The notes beneath the pieces are model-generated. The model did not search any database and was not told where the DNA came from. It saw only the letters and a program-made list of their open reading frames with translations. A program made the translations under genes and the position numbers. A stretch of 64,000 nt of DNA from an uncultured Pirellulales bacterium (GTDB lineage: Bacteria > Planctomycetota > Phycisphaerae > Sedimentisphaerales > Anaerobacaceae), in contig CAYTNN010000001.1 of assembly GCA_964439135.1 (NCBI GenBank), forward strand, positions 3,252 to 67,251. The letters are read 5' to 3'. Of this stretch, positions 19,430-28,190 are shown piece after piece (position 1 is the first letter of the stretch; every line of letters begins with the position of its first letter).

Positions 19430-20242
19430 TCACGCGTTGTTCTCTATGTTGAGCACCAGTTGATTCGTTTGTTTATCGAACGAAGAAACGCTCAGTCCCT
19501 CGGCAGGTCTTGCCGCCGGCGTCACTGTGATCGGCCCGGTTTCGCTGCCGGTGCTTTGTCTGCCCGATGCGTCTCTGATCTTTACGCCGAATTTGTAAGT
19601 TCCACTCGGCAGGGACGGGCTTGTCCATTCGATTGTATCTGCGTCGAGGCCAAACTGGCCGTAGCCGAAACTGCCCTTGCCCAAGCCGATCGCTGCTGCC
19701 GAATCCCACCCGAAATCACCAAGGCCGAATCGGCTCATGCCCAACCCGGCTTTGTCCTGCCAGGCCGGCCAGATTCGGATCGGTGTATCGGTCATTGGTT
19801 TGTCGTAATCGATTTGGCCTGTGCCGTTGTCAAAGTAAATATCCGCAGAAGCACCCATCGGTAGATTCTGACTCCGTAACAGCGTGATTGTGACACGTCC
19901 GCTGTCAACCAGTGGCTTGGTAAGCTCACTGCTGAAATCCGTATCGGCGTATTCTGCCTCAACGGCAAAAACCTCGATTCGAACAGGACACTCCGGAGAC
20001 GTTGGGAACGGGACGATCAATTGTCTTTGCCCGCTGTCGAGCGTTGTCCCTGCGTATCGGCCGTTGACATACACCTGGTGGAATTTGTCACTGAAGGTCG
20101 ATCGCCATTTGACCAATGCGACACGGGGCTCCTTGACGTACCGGCCGTCCCGCCAAATACCGGCGGGTAAGTCAAATGCTCTGACCGAATCTATGCCGTT
20201 ACTGTTGAGTGACATTCCTTCTGCGTCCTTTTCCGTAACCAA
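19430..20242 (-). CDS. phage structural-operon hypothetical protein (Ig/FN3-like impression)
   Basis: 270-aa ORF. The track start is a TTG; the alternative ATG at 20215 has AAGGA upstream. Confidence 0.5.
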   Translation of the reverse strand: MVTEKDAEGMSLNSNGIDSVRAFDLPAGIWRDGRYVKEPRVALVKWRSTFSDKFHQVYVNGRYAGTTLDSGQRQLIVPFPTSPECPVRIEVFAVEAEYADTDFSSELTKPLVDSGRVTITLLRSQNLPMGASADIYFDNGTGQIDYDKPMTDTPIRIWPAWQDKAGLGMSRFGLGDFGWDSAAAIGLGKGSFGYGQFGLDADTIEWTSPSLPSGTYKFGVKIRDASGRQSTGSETGPITVTPAARPAEGLSVSSFDKQTNQLVLNIENNA

Positions 20243-20245
20243 CTG

Positions 20246-20614
20246 TTAAGCCAACTGTGTGTAGACGATTTCATAATCGACGACGATGCCGGTTCCGCTG
20301 GCGTTTTCTGTGCCTGCCTTGAACGAATCCATGCGGAGATTTGCGAATTCCCGGCCACTGCTTGCTATGAGTGTGTGCGTATCACCGTCCATAAATGCAG
20401 CTATCTTATTGATTCTCTCGTCCAGTTTCGCCCGGCTTTTTGCCCGCAACGTGCCGGTCTGTTTAATCTTCCTGCCGCGTCGTCCAAGGTCGATACTCAG
20501 CACGCCGTCCAGTCCGGGTACGGTCCTTTCGATCGAATCCCTGCTGAAGCTGCCGGTGCTAATCTCCAGTGCCTGCTCGTCAAACAACATCTGTGAATCT
20601 AATGTGACTTTCAT
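20246..20614 (-). CDS. phage structural-operon hypothetical protein
   Basis: 122-aa ORF with 3-nt spacing to the next gene. Ends in TAA. Confidence 0.5.
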   Translation of the reverse strand: MKVTLDSQMLFDEQALEISTGSFSRDSIERTVPGLDGVLSIDLGRRGRKIKQTGTLRAKSRAKLDERINKIAAFMDGDTHTLIASSGREFANLRMDSFKAGTENASGTGIVVDYEIVYTQLA

Positions 20615-20632
20615 CTGTCTTCTCTTTGTAAA

Positions 20633-21289
20633 TTAATCCCGCACTAATCTTCCGGCCGCTCCGATCTTGGTGACATCGGCCACTCCGTCTGTGCCGAAGT
20701 CGATACTGAGTCGGCAACGCCCCCTTGCTTTAGTGAAGAGCTTCTGATAGTACAGGCTCTTGTTCCAGTGGTTCTGGTCCCTGGTTTTGCCGGCCAACAT
20801 CGCGCAGACGCTGGATATCACCGCGAAAACAGATGCCAGCCTCAGCACGCTCGTATCCAGAATATCATCGGCGTCGATGTCACTTGCCGGGTTGCCTGGT
20901 TTGATACCGAAATATTCTGTCAACTGAAAACCGACCTCGGCGGCCTGTGGTCCGAACGTGCTGATTCGATAGGATATGTTCGTCGCTGCCGGTGGCGGTA
21001 CGGCGGTCTGCGTCGAATCGGCTCTGACTACCGATATGCTTAGCTGCGTCGCAGAGTCCACCGAGACGATCTCGTACGCTCCATCCAGCGAACCGTCCGC
21101 CGATTGCAGGTAGATGACACCGCCTGCCCGGACCTGAGCGGCGATGAAATCCGCTCCGCCCGCCGTCAATGTCGTGCCGCTGAGTGCCGCTCCGGTACCC
21201 GTCGTCAATACCTGCCACGGCAGGTGCAATTCGCCGAACAGGATCGGCTCGTATTTCAAAATGTCGGCATCGTTTGAAAAAGTAACCAT
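20633..21289 (-). CDS. phage head-proximal structural protein (connector/decoration candidate)
   Basis: 218-aa ORF, the first gene after the capsid gene. Function is positional only. Confidence 0.5.
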   Translation of the reverse strand: MVTFSNDADILKYEPILFGELHLPWQVLTTGTGAALSGTTLTAGGADFIAAQVRAGGVIYLQSADGSLDGAYEIVSVDSATQLSISVVRADSTQTAVPPPAATNISYRISTFGPQAAEVGFQLTEYFGIKPGNPASDIDADDILDTSVLRLASVFAVISSVCAMLAGKTRDQNHWNKSLYYQKLFTKARGRCRLSIDFGTDGVADVTKIGAAGRLVRD

Positions 21290-21312
21290 TTCTTGTGTCT
21301 CCCTGCGAGGGT

Positions 21313-21339
21313 GGAATCCCGCATATAGCGCGGGATTCC
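21313..21339 (-). other. perfect 10-bp stem-loop between the capsid gene and the next gene
   Basis: GGAATCCCGC (21313-21322), a 7-nt loop, then GCGGGATTCC (21330-21339). Flanking GAGG/CCTC extend the stem. No U-tract follows on the transcribed strand. Confidence 0.5.
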
Positions 21340-21376
21340 CATCCTCGTATGTCCCCCCGATAAATCGGGTAAATGC

Positions 21377-22531
21377 TTAGCTGGTGCTTAGATCGCGAAT
21401 CAAACCGTGTGCCGCTTCGTTTTTAAGCTCCACGGTATATTCGCCGATCAGTTCTCCGCACTCATAGTCACCGCTGCTTGCCAGTGGCTTGAAGTGAAAG
21501 CTTCGGCCGGCTAACGGCAGCACGTTGATGCGCGATGAATCCAGCAGCAGTGCAGCATCCTGCGGCATCCAGCGTGTCGTGACAATTTTGCAGATGCCGA
21601 AGTCGCTTTCATAGATGCCGATCATGTCGGTGAAGGTGGTGTCGTTGGCTCCGTACGCCCGGCTGTCGGAGCAAAATGCGTTGATCTTTCGCTTCTGGAA
21701 GCCGCCGACGACGATAAGGTCCACGTTGCCGCTGCTGCTGTCCCAGATTTTCCTGAGCACGTAGTTGATCATCGCCTCGTCGAGGGCGGTGCCGCTGGGA
21801 AAGCCGCTGTCGCCGGTGTGGAAGATGTTTGTCGAGAGGTGCTGGATAATACCCTTCATCGAGCGTCTGACTGAGCCGCTGCCTTCGGGATTGCTCGCGG
21901 GCTGGCCGGCGTTGATGATGGTGTTTTCCAGGTCGCGAACCAGCTCCCGTATGCGTGCCTGCTTTTGGTTGTCAAGTTCATCGGCAAGACCTAACTGGCT
22001 GGCGGCCATGTCCGTGCCGCTAACTTCGACCGCAGCAGTGAATATCTGAGTGTAGTTGCCGCACCGGCTGCGGTTGGTGAACCGCGCATTGGGCTTGTCG
22101 GCGCCTTCGAGAGCCGCATTGCCGAGGATGTTGATCGCCTGGTTGTCGGCGAGGTTCTCGGCAGTGGTGCCGGCGTAACCGCGAACTATCGTAAGCGTAT
22201 TTGTGCTGATGCCGGTCACCAGCATCAATTCCTCGCTGCCTTCGATCTGTATCTGATCGCCGATGCGGAATCTGCTGCCGTTATCGACGACAAAGTCGGT
22301 GTCGGTGCTCGGATCGCTAAACGTGCTGTCATTTACGGCGTCCTTGTTGGGCAGAAGCTCGTCTTCGAGCCATTCGTGATGCGTGCTGGTTGCCTCACGC
22401 ATCGGATCGCCCAGGGCGTTCAGTAAAGGCGTCTCAAAAGGCGAGACTATGCCGACCAGGTCCGATACATCCTCGGCCAGCTCCGGCAGGGTCGTACCTG
22501 CGGAATACGTTGCTTTTCCTGTAAATGCCAT
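21377..22531 (-). CDS. major capsid protein (DUF5309 / SU10-type, HK97-fold lineage)
   Basis: 384 aa. The N-terminal ...VSPFETPLLNALGDPMREATSTHHEWLEDEL matches the TPxLs...heW.eD.L signature I associate with DUF5309 capsid proteins. Strong RBS (AGGAGA). Follows the scaffold and portal genes. Confidence 0.75.
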   Translation of the reverse strand: MAFTGKATYSAGTTLPELAEDVSDLVGIVSPFETPLLNALGDPMREATSTHHEWLEDELLPNKDAVNDSTFSDPSTDTDFVVDNGSRFRIGDQIQIEGSEELMLVTGISTNTLTIVRGYAGTTAENLADNQAINILGNAALEGADKPNARFTNRSRCGNYTQIFTAAVEVSGTDMAASQLGLADELDNQKQARIRELVRDLENTIINAGQPASNPEGSGSVRRSMKGIIQHLSTNIFHTGDSGFPSGTALDEAMINYVLRKIWDSSSGNVDLIVVGGFQKRKINAFCSDSRAYGANDTTFTDMIGIYESDFGICKIVTTRWMPQDAALLLDSSRINVLPLAGRSFHFKPLASSGDYECGELIGEYTVELKNEAAHGLIRDLSTS

Positions 22532-22596
22532 TTGTTATTCTCCTGTTCTGCACTCCGCGATAAATTGCGGAGCTAAGTATGCTTGCTTTTCATGAG

Positions 22597-23121
22597 TTAT
22601 AGAAAGTTTCTTCGCAGTTTCAGATACTCGTGCAAATCCGTTCGGTTGCCGGTTGTTGCAGCTTTTTTCGCCGCCCTTTCGAGCAGTGTCTGATTGTTTG
22701 TCACCCGGTCCCTTGCACCGGCGGTTTTCGTTGGTGCTGCATCAGGGCTGCTGCCGGTGAACAGATATTGCTTTTCCTTCTTCAACTGCTCGATTACGCC
22801 TGTTACATCCGCATCGTTCTTATCCTGCATTCTGGCCCTGGCAATCAGCACAGCCGTCTCCAGATCGACAGCACCCGCGGCGGCTAATTGCCGCATCAGC
22901 TTCTGTTCGGTCTGAATGTCACTCAATTGCCCGGACAGCTCCGCCGTTTGCGAGTTTGCCTGGGCCAATTGCTCGGTCAAAGTTTCGATTTTCTTCTCGG
23001 CACTCTGTGCCCGCTTGCGATAGCGGATGGATTCGGCCACCGGGACAAGCCTCGTATTGTCATTATCACTTGCCGGCGATATGTCTTCTGACAAAATATC
23101 CTGTGTCTCAATCGGACTCAT
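22597..23121 (-). CDS. phage scaffolding protein
   Basis: 174 aa, acidic and coiled-coil-rich (AEKKIETLTEQLAQANSQTAELSGQLSDIQTEQKL). Lies between the portal and capsid genes. Confidence 0.65.
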   Translation of the reverse strand: MSPIETQDILSEDISPASDNDNTRLVPVAESIRYRKRAQSAEKKIETLTEQLAQANSQTAELSGQLSDIQTEQKLMRQLAAAGAVDLETAVLIARARMQDKNDADVTGVIEQLKKEKQYLFTGSSPDAAPTKTAGARDRVTNNQTLLERAAKKAATTGNRTDLHEYLKLRRNFL

Positions 23122-23139
23122 AAACTCTCCTTTTCTGTT

Positions 23140-24690
23140 CTATGATTTCTCGTATCCTAATTCTCTGAGCACCTGCTCAGCAGGCACGCCCAGCTCTTTC
23201 TTGACCTGGGCCTCTTTTAATTTTTCCATCGTATTCTCCGGCAGCGGGCTGGGAAAAATGACCTCGACGTCCCGGTCCTTCTGGTCGGTTTTGTAGATGT
23301 TGGCGGTATCGAGTATTCCCAGGACCATCCGGCAGATTTTCCTTAGCCCTTCGCTGTAGGTGAATCGTTTGCGATCGTTCTTCGAGAGCATTCCCATCAG
23401 CGTCAAACGAAGGGCCACTGCGCTTGTCAGGTTGCCGAGTTTGTTCTTCAGCACGCCGGCGACGAGCGGCGTGACGGAACTGACCTTGTCCATCGCTTCG
23501 CGTATCTCAGCGATATGCAGTCCCTCGCTGGGCGTGGCGGTGTCGCCGCCGAACTCCTCGATCGACGCCTCCGGATTATCTGTGTACCACATCCTGCCGG
23601 GCGCCACGGGCTTGTCCTCGAAGCCCTCGATTCCTTTGCCGAGGTACATTTTGAACGACTGAAACGTGATTCTGCTGGCCCGGTCGCTCAGCCGGGTGTT
23701 CAGCTCATCCTGCAGCGGGACAAGCGGCTCGACATCGCTTATACCTTCGTAGTAGTATGGCTGAGCGATGTTCTGGATATGGACGACCGGCAGAAAGCCC
23801 CACGGCATCCGGCCCTCGGCGACGAGTTGCTTGTCCTCGTACCGCTGCCATGCATTGGCCGAGGTGATCTCGGTGATGGGCACCACCCGGCGATTGTCGC
23901 CGGCCTGCGTGCCGCCCGAGAGGAGTCTTGCAAGAAACGAGTTTTTCCTGCTCAGGGCGTTTTTCTTCTGCCCGAAGTGCTGCACGTAATAACGGATCTT
24001 TTTATAATCGTTTTCTTCCAGGACAGGCAGTGCTCTTGGCGCCTCAATCAGTTCAAGATCGATTGTCTGCGCGAACTGCAGCACATCATCGATGGACCCC
24101 GCATAGCGTCGGTCCGCAGAGAGGGTTTGTGAGGAGGAGGAAGTGATGCGTTCGATGATTTTATCGCCAGGCCTGACGAAACAATCGACAAAGCCGTAGA
24201 CACTTCCGAGCACTGCCATATCCTGGAAAAATCCGATCTCGCCGTTGGCCGCGAACAATGCCTTTAAGATGCTTTCGATTTCTGCACTTTTTGGCTCATC
24301 CGGCGATTTGGAAACGAATGTAATGGGCTTGCCGAACAGGAAATCGACCGCCGCGTTGACTCGCCATGCGATGTCGTTCTCGATGACAACTTCTTTTCGC
24401 TGCACCTGGTTGACGGGTCTTGCTCCGAAGATTCCCGCCTGGCCGGTGTGCATAAGTCCGGTGATTCTTGCCGGCAGGCCGTATTCCTGAGCTTGCGTGT
24501 AGCACCGGCCGGATTCGTTTATCTTCCTGTCGGTGGCACCGGAACCAGCCGTCTCGACCTTCGGGTTGGCATAGTAATCCCACAGCCGCCCGAAATGTTT
24601 CTGGATATCGACTGACTGTGTATCGACGAGCCACTCAAGGTAATCGCCTTCGAGTGACTTATCTTCAAATATATCAAGTTCAAATCCCAT
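23140..24690 (-). CDS. phage portal protein
   Basis: 516 aa. First gene of the operon, with RBS GGGAGAG. Size and its position before the scaffold and capsid genes fit a portal. General resemblance to SPP1-type portals. Confidence 0.7.
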   Translation of the reverse strand: MGFELDIFEDKSLEGDYLEWLVDTQSVDIQKHFGRLWDYYANPKVETAGSGATDRKINESGRCYTQAQEYGLPARITGLMHTGQAGIFGARPVNQVQRKEVVIENDIAWRVNAAVDFLFGKPITFVSKSPDEPKSAEIESILKALFAANGEIGFFQDMAVLGSVYGFVDCFVRPGDKIIERITSSSSQTLSADRRYAGSIDDVLQFAQTIDLELIEAPRALPVLEENDYKKIRYYVQHFGQKKNALSRKNSFLARLLSGGTQAGDNRRVVPITEITSANAWQRYEDKQLVAEGRMPWGFLPVVHIQNIAQPYYYEGISDVEPLVPLQDELNTRLSDRASRITFQSFKMYLGKGIEGFEDKPVAPGRMWYTDNPEASIEEFGGDTATPSEGLHIAEIREAMDKVSSVTPLVAGVLKNKLGNLTSAVALRLTLMGMLSKNDRKRFTYSEGLRKICRMVLGILDTANIYKTDQKDRDVEVIFPSPLPENTMEKLKEAQVKKELGVPAEQVLRELGYEKS

Positions 24691-24778
24691 TCTTTACTCT
24701 CCCGTATTCAAATGTCATGCCGATCCGGCCGCGGGGTGCTTCGGCTTGCCGTCGGCTTTGCCAAGGCGAAAACAATCG

Positions 24779-24932
24779 CCCCCCATAATTGGAGCTACCT
24801 GCGCGTTTGATGCGAAAATCTACAAAATTGTAGACAGCCTTTTTGATGTAAGTCATTATTTGGAATGGGATAAAAAAATTTTTCAGATTTCCAATTTTAG
24901 TTTCCAGCTACCATCGCTTTTGGTTGAAAATC
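24779..24932 (-). promoter_or_regulatory. conserved upstream element, copy 1 (upstream of the portal/structural operon)
   Basis: About 154 bp, matching 37197-37352 in inverted orientation. A 42-bp block is identical (24796-24837). It contains the palindrome TCTACAA-AA-TTGTAGA (24819-24834), a second block ctaccatcgcttttggt, and a C6 run at the operon-proximal end. Confidence 0.6.
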
Positions 24933-25028
24933 TTGCCATTTCCGGCATCATTTTACCGCCGCATCGCCGGGCGGATTATCTCCGGACGCTCGAAGCTGCT
25001 TGCCGCTCGTCGGAAGAAAACTTCCTGT

Positions 25029-25057
25029 TTGACAAATGTAACCGACATCCGTATATT
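25029..25057 (+). promoter_or_regulatory. sigma70-like promoter candidate for the glycoside hydrolase gene
   Basis: TTGACA (25029-25034), a 17-nt spacer, then TATATT (25052-25057). Confidence 0.4.
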
Positions 25058-25164
25058 ACTCTTGATTCACTGCTTACGCAGAAAGGGTGGTTCGCAAACC
25101 AGTCCTCCTATATCGCTCGCCTCTGTGGGCATCGGGCGGGCTAATCATAATTGAAAGGTAGAAG

Positions 25165-26484
25165 ATGAATCCGAATACAGAATATAGAATACAGAATACA
25201 GAAGACAGTCCTTCGATCTCCGTTTCGCATCTTCGGCCTTCGGCCTTCTTTGTCTTCACGGTTATTCTGTTTCTGGTCATTGGAGTTTTTTCGCCTGCGA
25301 TTATGGGTGCCGAATCGCTGCCCGGGCCGGCAATACCCGACGGTTTCGGCGTCAACATCCACTTCACAGGCCTGCCGCGAGATCTTAAAATGATCGCCGA
25401 CGCGGGATTCAAGTTTATTAGAATGGATCTTGTCTGGTCGCGCATCGAGAAGACCAAAGGCGATTATGATTTCAAGGGATCGGGCTATGACTCTTTAACT
25501 CTTGGGTGCGAAAAACTCGGCATCCGAGTCCTGTATATTCTCGACTACAGCAACGAGCTGTATGAGTCGGACAGGTCCGTCCGCACCGAGGCCGGGCGCA
25601 AAGCGTTTGCAGATTTTGCTGAAGCCGCTGCTAAAAGATACGCCGGCAAAGGCATCCTGTGGGAAGTATGGAATGAGGCGAACATCAAGCAGTTCTGGAC
25701 CCCGCAGCCGAGCGTTGACGATTATTGCAAGCTCGTCGAAGCGGTTGCTCCACGTGTAAGAGAAGCTGATCCGAGCGGCCAGGTTGTTGCCGGAGCTACT
25801 TCGCAAATACCTTTGGGATGGTTTGAGGGTTGTTTCAAAAATGGGCTTCTTAATTGGATCGATGTTCTCAGCGTGCATCCATACCGGTCGCAAAATCCGG
25901 AGACGGTAATTCAGGACTATGCAAAACTCCGCGGACTAATCGCGCGTTATGCACCGGCGTCAAAACAGATTCCCGTAATCTCCGGCGAGTGGGGATACTC
26001 GAATCTTAACTGGGACAAATCTCGCCTGACCGAACAGCAGCAGGCCGAGTACCTGGTCCGAATGTTCCTGATAAATTCCTATCAGAACATTCCGGTCAGC
26101 ATCTGGTATGACTGGAAGAACGATGGTACAGATCCCAACGAGAGGGAGCATCAATTCGGAACGGTCAAACATGACCTTAGTCCCAAGGCGGCGTATCTTG
26201 CCGCTAAGGTTCTGTCGTCCACTCTTGCCGGCTATTCGATAAAGCAGAAATTCGATCTCGGCAATGAAAATGACTTTGCTTTCATGCTGACCAATGGCAA
26301 TCGCCAGGCGGTTGCCTTCTGGACCCTGGGCCCGAAGCATAATGTCACTCTGCCAATAGATCCGACCGAGGTCACGCTCGTCGGCATCTATGGTGCCAAA
26401 GTCATCATCAACTGGAAAACAGAACACCTGAACATACGTGCCGAACAAAGTCCACAGTATCTGCTTATCAAGTCAAAGGATTGA
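25165..26484 (+). CDS. secreted clan GH-A (GH5/GH39-like) glycoside hydrolase
   Basis: 439 aa with a signal/TM segment. ILWEVWNEAN is the typical acid/base NE motif. ISGEWGYS is a nucleophile-Glu-like motif. Confidence 0.65.
   Translation: MNPNTEYRIQNTEDSPSISVSHLRPSAFFVFTVILFLVIGVFSPAIMGAESLPGPAIPDGFGVNIHFTGLPRDLKMIADAGFKFIRMDLVWSRIEKTKGDYDFKGSGYDSLTLGCEKLGIRVLYILDYSNELYESDRSVRTEAGRKAFADFAEAAAKRYAGKGILWEVWNEANIKQFWTPQPSVDDYCKLVEAVAPRVREADPSGQVVAGATSQIPLGWFEGCFKNGLLNWIDVLSVHPYRSQNPETVIQDYAKLRGLIARYAPASKQIPVISGEWGYSNLNWDKSRLTEQQQAEYLVRMFLINSYQNIPVSIWYDWKNDGTDPNEREHQFGTVKHDLSPKAAYLAAKVLSSTLAGYSIKQKFDLGNENDFAFMLTNGNRQAVAFWTLGPKHNVTLPIDPTEVTLVGIYGAKVIINWKTEHLNIRAEQSPQYLLIKSKD
25173..25207 (+). 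repeat. imperfect 7-bp tandem repeat (GAATACA-like, 5 units) inside the first 15 codons of the GH gene
   Basis: Reads gaataca gaatata gaataca gaataca gaagaca directly from the sequence. Confidence 0.8.
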
Positions 26485-26512
26485 TAGTAACATACAGACC
26501 GGTGCGTTACTT

Positions 26513-27487
26513 TTAACCGATGTCTTCTTTCTGCAGCAGTTCAATAATGTCTGCCTTCGTTGGCAGTGCTTCAATCGAACCGAACTTTGTGCAGGCCAGG
26601 GCCCCGGCTGCCGAGGCAAACTTTACCGCCGCTCGTACATCGTTTTTAACGGCACAATAGGCGGCTAACGCTCCTGCAAACGCATCGCCCCGGCCTGTGT
26701 GGTCAACCGGCTCGATTTCGAACGCCGGAATATGGTCGGCACTGTTTCTGTCGACTACCATGCAGCCTCGCCTGCCCATTGTGATGACGGCGGAATCCAC
26801 GCCGCGAGCCACAAGGTCCGAGCCGATAAGCTTGGCGGTCCGAATGTTGGCCGCTGACTGCTCGGTAATATCGGCAGCCTCGTAGAGATTCGGAATCAAA
26901 ATATCCGCTTTGAAATATTCGATGGGTAGATCACTGGTTGTCTGGCCCTGCCGCTCCAGCGGCCTGGCGGGATTGAGGATGACTTTTACGCTGTACAATT
27001 CGGCGCAGCGAAGGGCACTGACGATTGCTTCCTGCGGCAATTGGCCGTGAATCAGGCAGACGTCGGCTTCTGAGATCATCTGCTCGGCTTCGGTAATGTC
27101 CAGGGCCTGTAAGGCGCTGTTGGCGCCGGGATAATAACAGGAGGCGTTTTCGCCTTCAGCGTTAACCAATGTGACAACCAGTCCGGTGTTCATGGCTTCG
27201 GCGGTGTAGACAAAATCCGTATTAACGTTGTACTCTGCCAGGCTGTTTTTAGCCATTTGAGCGAAGGGATCACCGCCGACTTTGCTTATCAGGTGCACCT
27301 CGCAGCCGCACAACGCGGCTTCCACGGCCTGATTGGGGCCCGGACCGGTGGTTGTGTATGAAAGGGCCGAACCGGTCACGCTCTGCCCGGGTGTTGGTAT
27401 TTGGCCGCAGCGTATCGCCATATCCACGTACGTGCCGCCAATAACAACTACTTTAGGTTTAGGACTCCTTCCCGGCATCATATCCAT
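26513..27487 (-). CDS. PfkB-family carbohydrate kinase (ribokinase-like)
   Basis: 324 aa. GPGPNQAVEAALCG (the GG/NQA region) and DHTGRGDAFAGAL (the DTxGAGD anion-hole motif) are typical of ribokinase/PfkB kinases. Confidence 0.75.
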   Translation of the reverse strand: MDMMPGRSPKPKVVVIGGTYVDMAIRCGQIPTPGQSVTGSALSYTTTGPGPNQAVEAALCGCEVHLISKVGGDPFAQMAKNSLAEYNVNTDFVYTAEAMNTGLVVTLVNAEGENASCYYPGANSALQALDITEAEQMISEADVCLIHGQLPQEAIVSALRCAELYSVKVILNPARPLERQGQTTSDLPIEYFKADILIPNLYEAADITEQSAANIRTAKLIGSDLVARGVDSAVITMGRRGCMVVDRNSADHIPAFEIEPVDHTGRGDAFAGALAAYCAVKNDVRAAVKFASAAGALACTKFGSIEALPTKADIIELLQKEDIG

Positions 27488-27623
27488 TATCTTAGTCTTT
27501 CACAGAACTCCTACGTGTTAAATTTTCCTAATCTTATAAAAATCCAGTATAGGTGTCCGGCGTTTGAATGCAAAGGTTTTTTTCGGACAATATTCAGCAA
27601 AGTCATTCCCGGCAGGGAGCTTG

Positions 27624-27980
27624 CTACTGAACGTTCTGCCCAGCCAGCCAGCGTTTCAGAACCTCGACGATATAGTCTATCTGCTCCTGCGTGAGGGACC
27701 TGCCCTTCGGGATGTGGTGCCATTTGGCCAGGCAGCCTCGGCAGCAGGTCCCGGTTGCGTGCTGGGCGATAAAAACCGGATGTTTCCGCATAGGCGTCTG
27801 TTTGCCGTCATTAGCCGGCTCGGCATCGCCCAGCCGTTTGGTTACAAAATCCCGAGCGTGCTGGAGGATTATTTCCAGACCCTTATCCCTGAGATATTGA
27901 GCTTCTTTGCCGGAAAGCCGAAACCGGCTGCGAAACTTCGACCGACCAAGTGCGGCAAATAGCTCATCCATATCACGCAT
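27624..27980 (-). CDS. DUF4186-like protein
   Basis: 118 aa. SKFRSRFRL...HPVFIAQHATGTCCRGCLAKWH resembles the DUF4186 family, from memory. Confidence 0.55.
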   Translation of the reverse strand: MRDMDELFAALGRSKFRSRFRLSGKEAQYLRDKGLEIILQHARDFVTKRLGDAEPANDGKQTPMRKHPVFIAQHATGTCCRGCLAKWHHIPKGRSLTQEQIDYIVEVLKRWLAGQNVQ

Positions 27981-28084
27981 TAGTCATTCCTCATACCTGT
28001 CCCGGAAATAGCCAAATGTAATAAAAATCTACGAAAAGGTCAATTTCACATCATAAAACAAAGTATTTTCCTGAAATAGCCGTA

Positions 28085-28164
28085 TTTCCTATATAGGAAA
28101 ATGCCTGAAATTGAGAAATTTGCTATTGCTTATTTCCTAAAAATACGATATATCCTATATAGGA
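28085..28164 (+). promoter_or_regulatory. two palindromic operator-like sites upstream of the AbiE-like pair
   Basis: TTTCCTATATAGGAAA (28085-28100) is a perfect 16-bp palindrome. TCCTATATAGGA (28153-28164) is a perfect 12-bp core. Their centres are 66 bp apart, in an AT-rich intergenic region ending at the ATG at 28191. Confidence 0.55.
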
Positions 28165-28190
28165 AATAGTCCAATATCAGGAAAATAACA

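Noticed and set aside
24919-24937. TGGTTGAAAATCTTGCC in copy 1 of the shared element, resembling a sigma-54 -24/-12 promoter
   Set aside because: The GG-to-GC spacing is off by one, it points away from the portal operon, and the TTGC part is not conserved in copy 2.
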